Source: Phoronis australis
Taxonomy: Eukaryota; Animalia; Phoronida
Direction of reading: 5' to 3'
Assembly (NCBI GenBank): GCA_002633005.1
Contig: NMRA01000043.1
Location: 530,902-594,901 of the forward strand
Length of the DNA: 64,000 bases
In this document: in pieces, positions 62,501 to 64,000 of the stretch
Numbering within the stretch: the first letter of the stretch is position 1
How the letters are laid out: each line of letters begins with the position of its first letter
The notes under the pieces: model-generated
Databases searched by the model: none
The model's input: the letters and a program-made list of their open reading frames with translations, nothing else
What the model was told of the DNA's origin: nothing
Made by a program: the position numbers and the translations under genes

Positions 62501-63169
62501 GTTTTGCCGAGGAGTTCATTGGGATGTCGATCACCGGAGCAAACGGCTGAATCCTTCAGTGCGCCTTCAACGAATGTCGCACAGATGATTTTTTTCACTC
62601 ATTTTTTAATCAGTCAATAATAGTTTGATATGAATTTTAGGCCTACACTTCAAAAATTACCAAGCTTTTCCCAGCGTATTGGCTTGACCGTTGGAAAGCT
62701 GGGGTTTTATTAGGCAATGGCAACGGTCCTCAATCAATGCCACATCCCAAGTGCCACAGGCATCCAGCCACTGAACTGAGGGGCTAGGCCTACGTGCTGC
62801 CTAGGGTTTCGTTACCTCAACGCCTAAGTCAGACTGTGACTATATCTCGTCATAATCAATTTACAAATTAATTCTCGTTGTCTAGACGTTCAGACTGAAG
62901 AAAATGTTTCGCTAATTCAGTGAGTCTCGATTTTAAAAATTCAAAGACGGCTAAAAACTTTCGTGAAAATGTTAATGTTAGGTTGATGACTTAGAAACTT
63001 GTACGCTAAACAATTAGGCCTATCTCATCCAACAACTCAGTGAAATGAGGCGTTCAGCCAAGCCTCGCGCGCGGGGGTCAGTGACTATACTGAGCTGCAG
63101 TCCGTGATGACGGCGTCACCACTCAAGTTCTTTGATGGGCCAAAGACCTCCCCGGTGAGTAGGTCCCGC

Positions 63170-63350
63170 TACTCTGGAGTCAAACGGTGCATGCTTTCTC
63201 GTGTAAGTCATCTTCAGTGTGGCTAGTAAATTTCATGATTTGCTTTAAGTGGCTCAGGTGATCCCGTTATTTAAAAGCGGCAAGAGGGAAGATTCAATTC
63301 TTATCATAGACCACTGTCTGACTACAATTTTCGAAAATCTCAGTTAGAAG
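63170..63350 (+). mobile_element. Short LINE RT relic
   Basis: AQVIPLFKSGKREDS followed by a frameshifted RPLS, the K.A.V.P.FK.G.......YRPISL region of LINE RT. Confidence 0.65.
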
Positions 63351-63972
63351 TGACTATATCAGTACTATCGCTTCCTTTCATTCGCCAGCAAGCTTAAACT
63401 TAATGTAAAAATGGGAAACTGAACGAACTCAAGGACTGTTCGAAAAAATTTGATTACGGGAGACCATACGGTATGTGTTTGAGTTGGAAGGAATTAAAGC
63501 CGGACATCGGCGACCTCCTAATTCGGTACCTCTGTGCGCAAACGGCACTTATAATAGGAACATGACTTTGATGATTTATTCATCGCGGTGAGGCATAATT
63601 CACCAAAAAGCTGCCGGCGCATGAAGGGCCCTATGGTAGCTTGATTGTCTCAACAGCCAAGTAGAGACGGTGCAGTCTCGTGCCTGGGATGCAGAGCTCC
63701 CTTATAGGCCTATCTGGCCGATTGAAAGACGTGCGGAAAACGATTTCACGCATAGCCTTGCTCTCAAAAATACCTTTAGAAAACTGTTTCTCATATCCTC
63801 GGACGACCACACCACTTCCCTCGTTCCATTCAGTTTCCGAAAGTCCTTTAACTGTTTATGGTTGCGTTTTTCTGATTGCGGCCAGCTCAATAGTTTGTAT
63901 CCACTGTCTCTCCAAGCCTGTTGCTTCCGTTGACTTGTTATTGGCGTCACTTTTCTTGGTCTCCATCAGTGC

Positions 63973-64000
63973 ATAGGCGGATTTAGGGGGGGGGCAGGGG
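63973..64000 (+). mobile_element. Probable start of a hAT-type MITE, cut by the window end
   Basis: ATAGGCGGATTTAGGGGGGGGGCAGGGG terminus-like sequence; only 28 bp visible. Confidence 0.4.

Noticed and set aside
1-64000. tRNA, rRNA or prokaryotic defence systems
   Set aside because: No intact cloverleaf, rRNA, operon or CRISPR structure was seen. Covariance-model searches were not run, so small ncRNAs could be missed.

Overview
AT-rich, intron-containing animal genomic DNA; the repeat complement suggests a marine invertebrate, probably a lophotrochozoan such as a mollusc (inference). Four protein-coding genes can be assembled by hand from splice sites and reading frame. (1) The 5' part of a MOGAT/DGAT2-family acyltransferase (- strand), running off the left edge. 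(2) Nck/dock SH3-SH3-SH3-SH2 adaptor (+, 405 aa), head-to-head with the acyltransferase, with a ~22 kb first intron containing candidate alternative first exons. (3) NXT/p15 NTF2-related export factor (+, 4 exons). (4) A 9-exon BTB-BACK-Kelch gene (-, 647 aa). Introns hold many non-autonomous DNA elements: Kolobok relics with THAP and KolX remnants, Helentron/HINE elements rich in CTCF-like motifs, Harbinger-, hAT- and Tc1/mariner-type MITEs (several nested), and two LINE RT relics. The most interesting signals are a ~155 bp motif-dense, non-repetitive block in a Kelch intron that resembles the deeply conserved SoxB2 (SOX14/SOX21) enhancer, tandem repeats seeded exactly on splice sites, an in-frame alternative N-terminal Nck exon, and insertions bounded by unusually long (27-33 bp) direct repeats. 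No database searches were run; family assignments come from recognised motifs.
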